Below are positions 24,901-24,921 of a stretch of DNA of 24,921 bases, piece after piece. The DNA is from a virus (Duplodnaviria > Caudoviricetes), in the IMG/VR virus record IMGVR_UViG_3300012940_000101, positions 1-24,921 of that record. The stretch is one strand, 5' to 3'. The notes under the pieces were generated by a model. That model searched no databases. It saw only the letters and a program-made list of their open reading frames with translations, and had not been told where the DNA came from. The translations under genes and the position numbers were made by a program. The stretch's first letter is position 1. Each line of letters starts with the position of its first letter.

Positions 24901-24921
24901 ATGCACATCATCCCTGTCATC
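24901..24921 (+). CDS. 5' end of a hypothetical protein, truncated by the window edge (MHIIPVI...)
   Basis: ATG 8 nt after the GAAAGGA RBS of repeat copy 4. Confidence 0.6.

Larger units (their letters stand above)
1..24921 (+). mobile_element. Tailed dsDNA bacteriophage (siphovirus-like) genome segment: packaging, head, tail and lysis modules followed by a small-gene accessory array
   Basis: Co-oriented, tightly packed terminase-portal-capsid-tail-tape measure-baseplate-holin genes. No host housekeeping genes and no integrase in the window. Confidence 0.97.

Noticed and set aside
1-24921. tRNA or rRNA genes
   Set aside because: Intergenic gaps are short, and I saw no cloverleaf or T-loop GTTCGA in a tRNA context.

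Overview
This window is the structural arm of a tailed (siphovirus-type) dsDNA phage, probably an actinophage; the host is inferred from the roughly 60% GC (estimated by eye), the GAAAGGA/GGAGG ribosome-binding sites and the protein families. Every credible gene lies on the + strand. Gene order: putative small terminase, HNH endonuclease, an unlisted 35-aa acidic ORF, a Zn-peptidase/CW_7 endolysin, head-tail adaptor, an 'LAHYGIKGMKWGVRR' protein, large terminase, portal, protease-scaffold-major capsid fusion, head-tail proteins, two major-tail-family paralogues, fibre/lectin-like genes, a 1877-aa tape measure, Dit, Tal-like and Fn3 tail proteins, then a membrane protein and a Dp-1-type holin. 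From about 22.7 kb the window turns into an array of small orphan ORFs, several set between a repeated ~33-bp promoter-like element (TCGCA-N14-TWTWATGAGACCCC plus RBS, 4 copies) and hairpin terminators, some repeated. The main unexplained signals are: (1) the hexamer ATATTT, 31 copies by manual count, all on the + strand, written into genes through rare codons and absent from the capsid and major tail genes; (2) a second one-strand motif, TCAAAATG; (3) an internal RBS and ATG, plus repeated (L/A)xH motifs, in the capsid fusion. All family calls come from motif recognition, not database searches.
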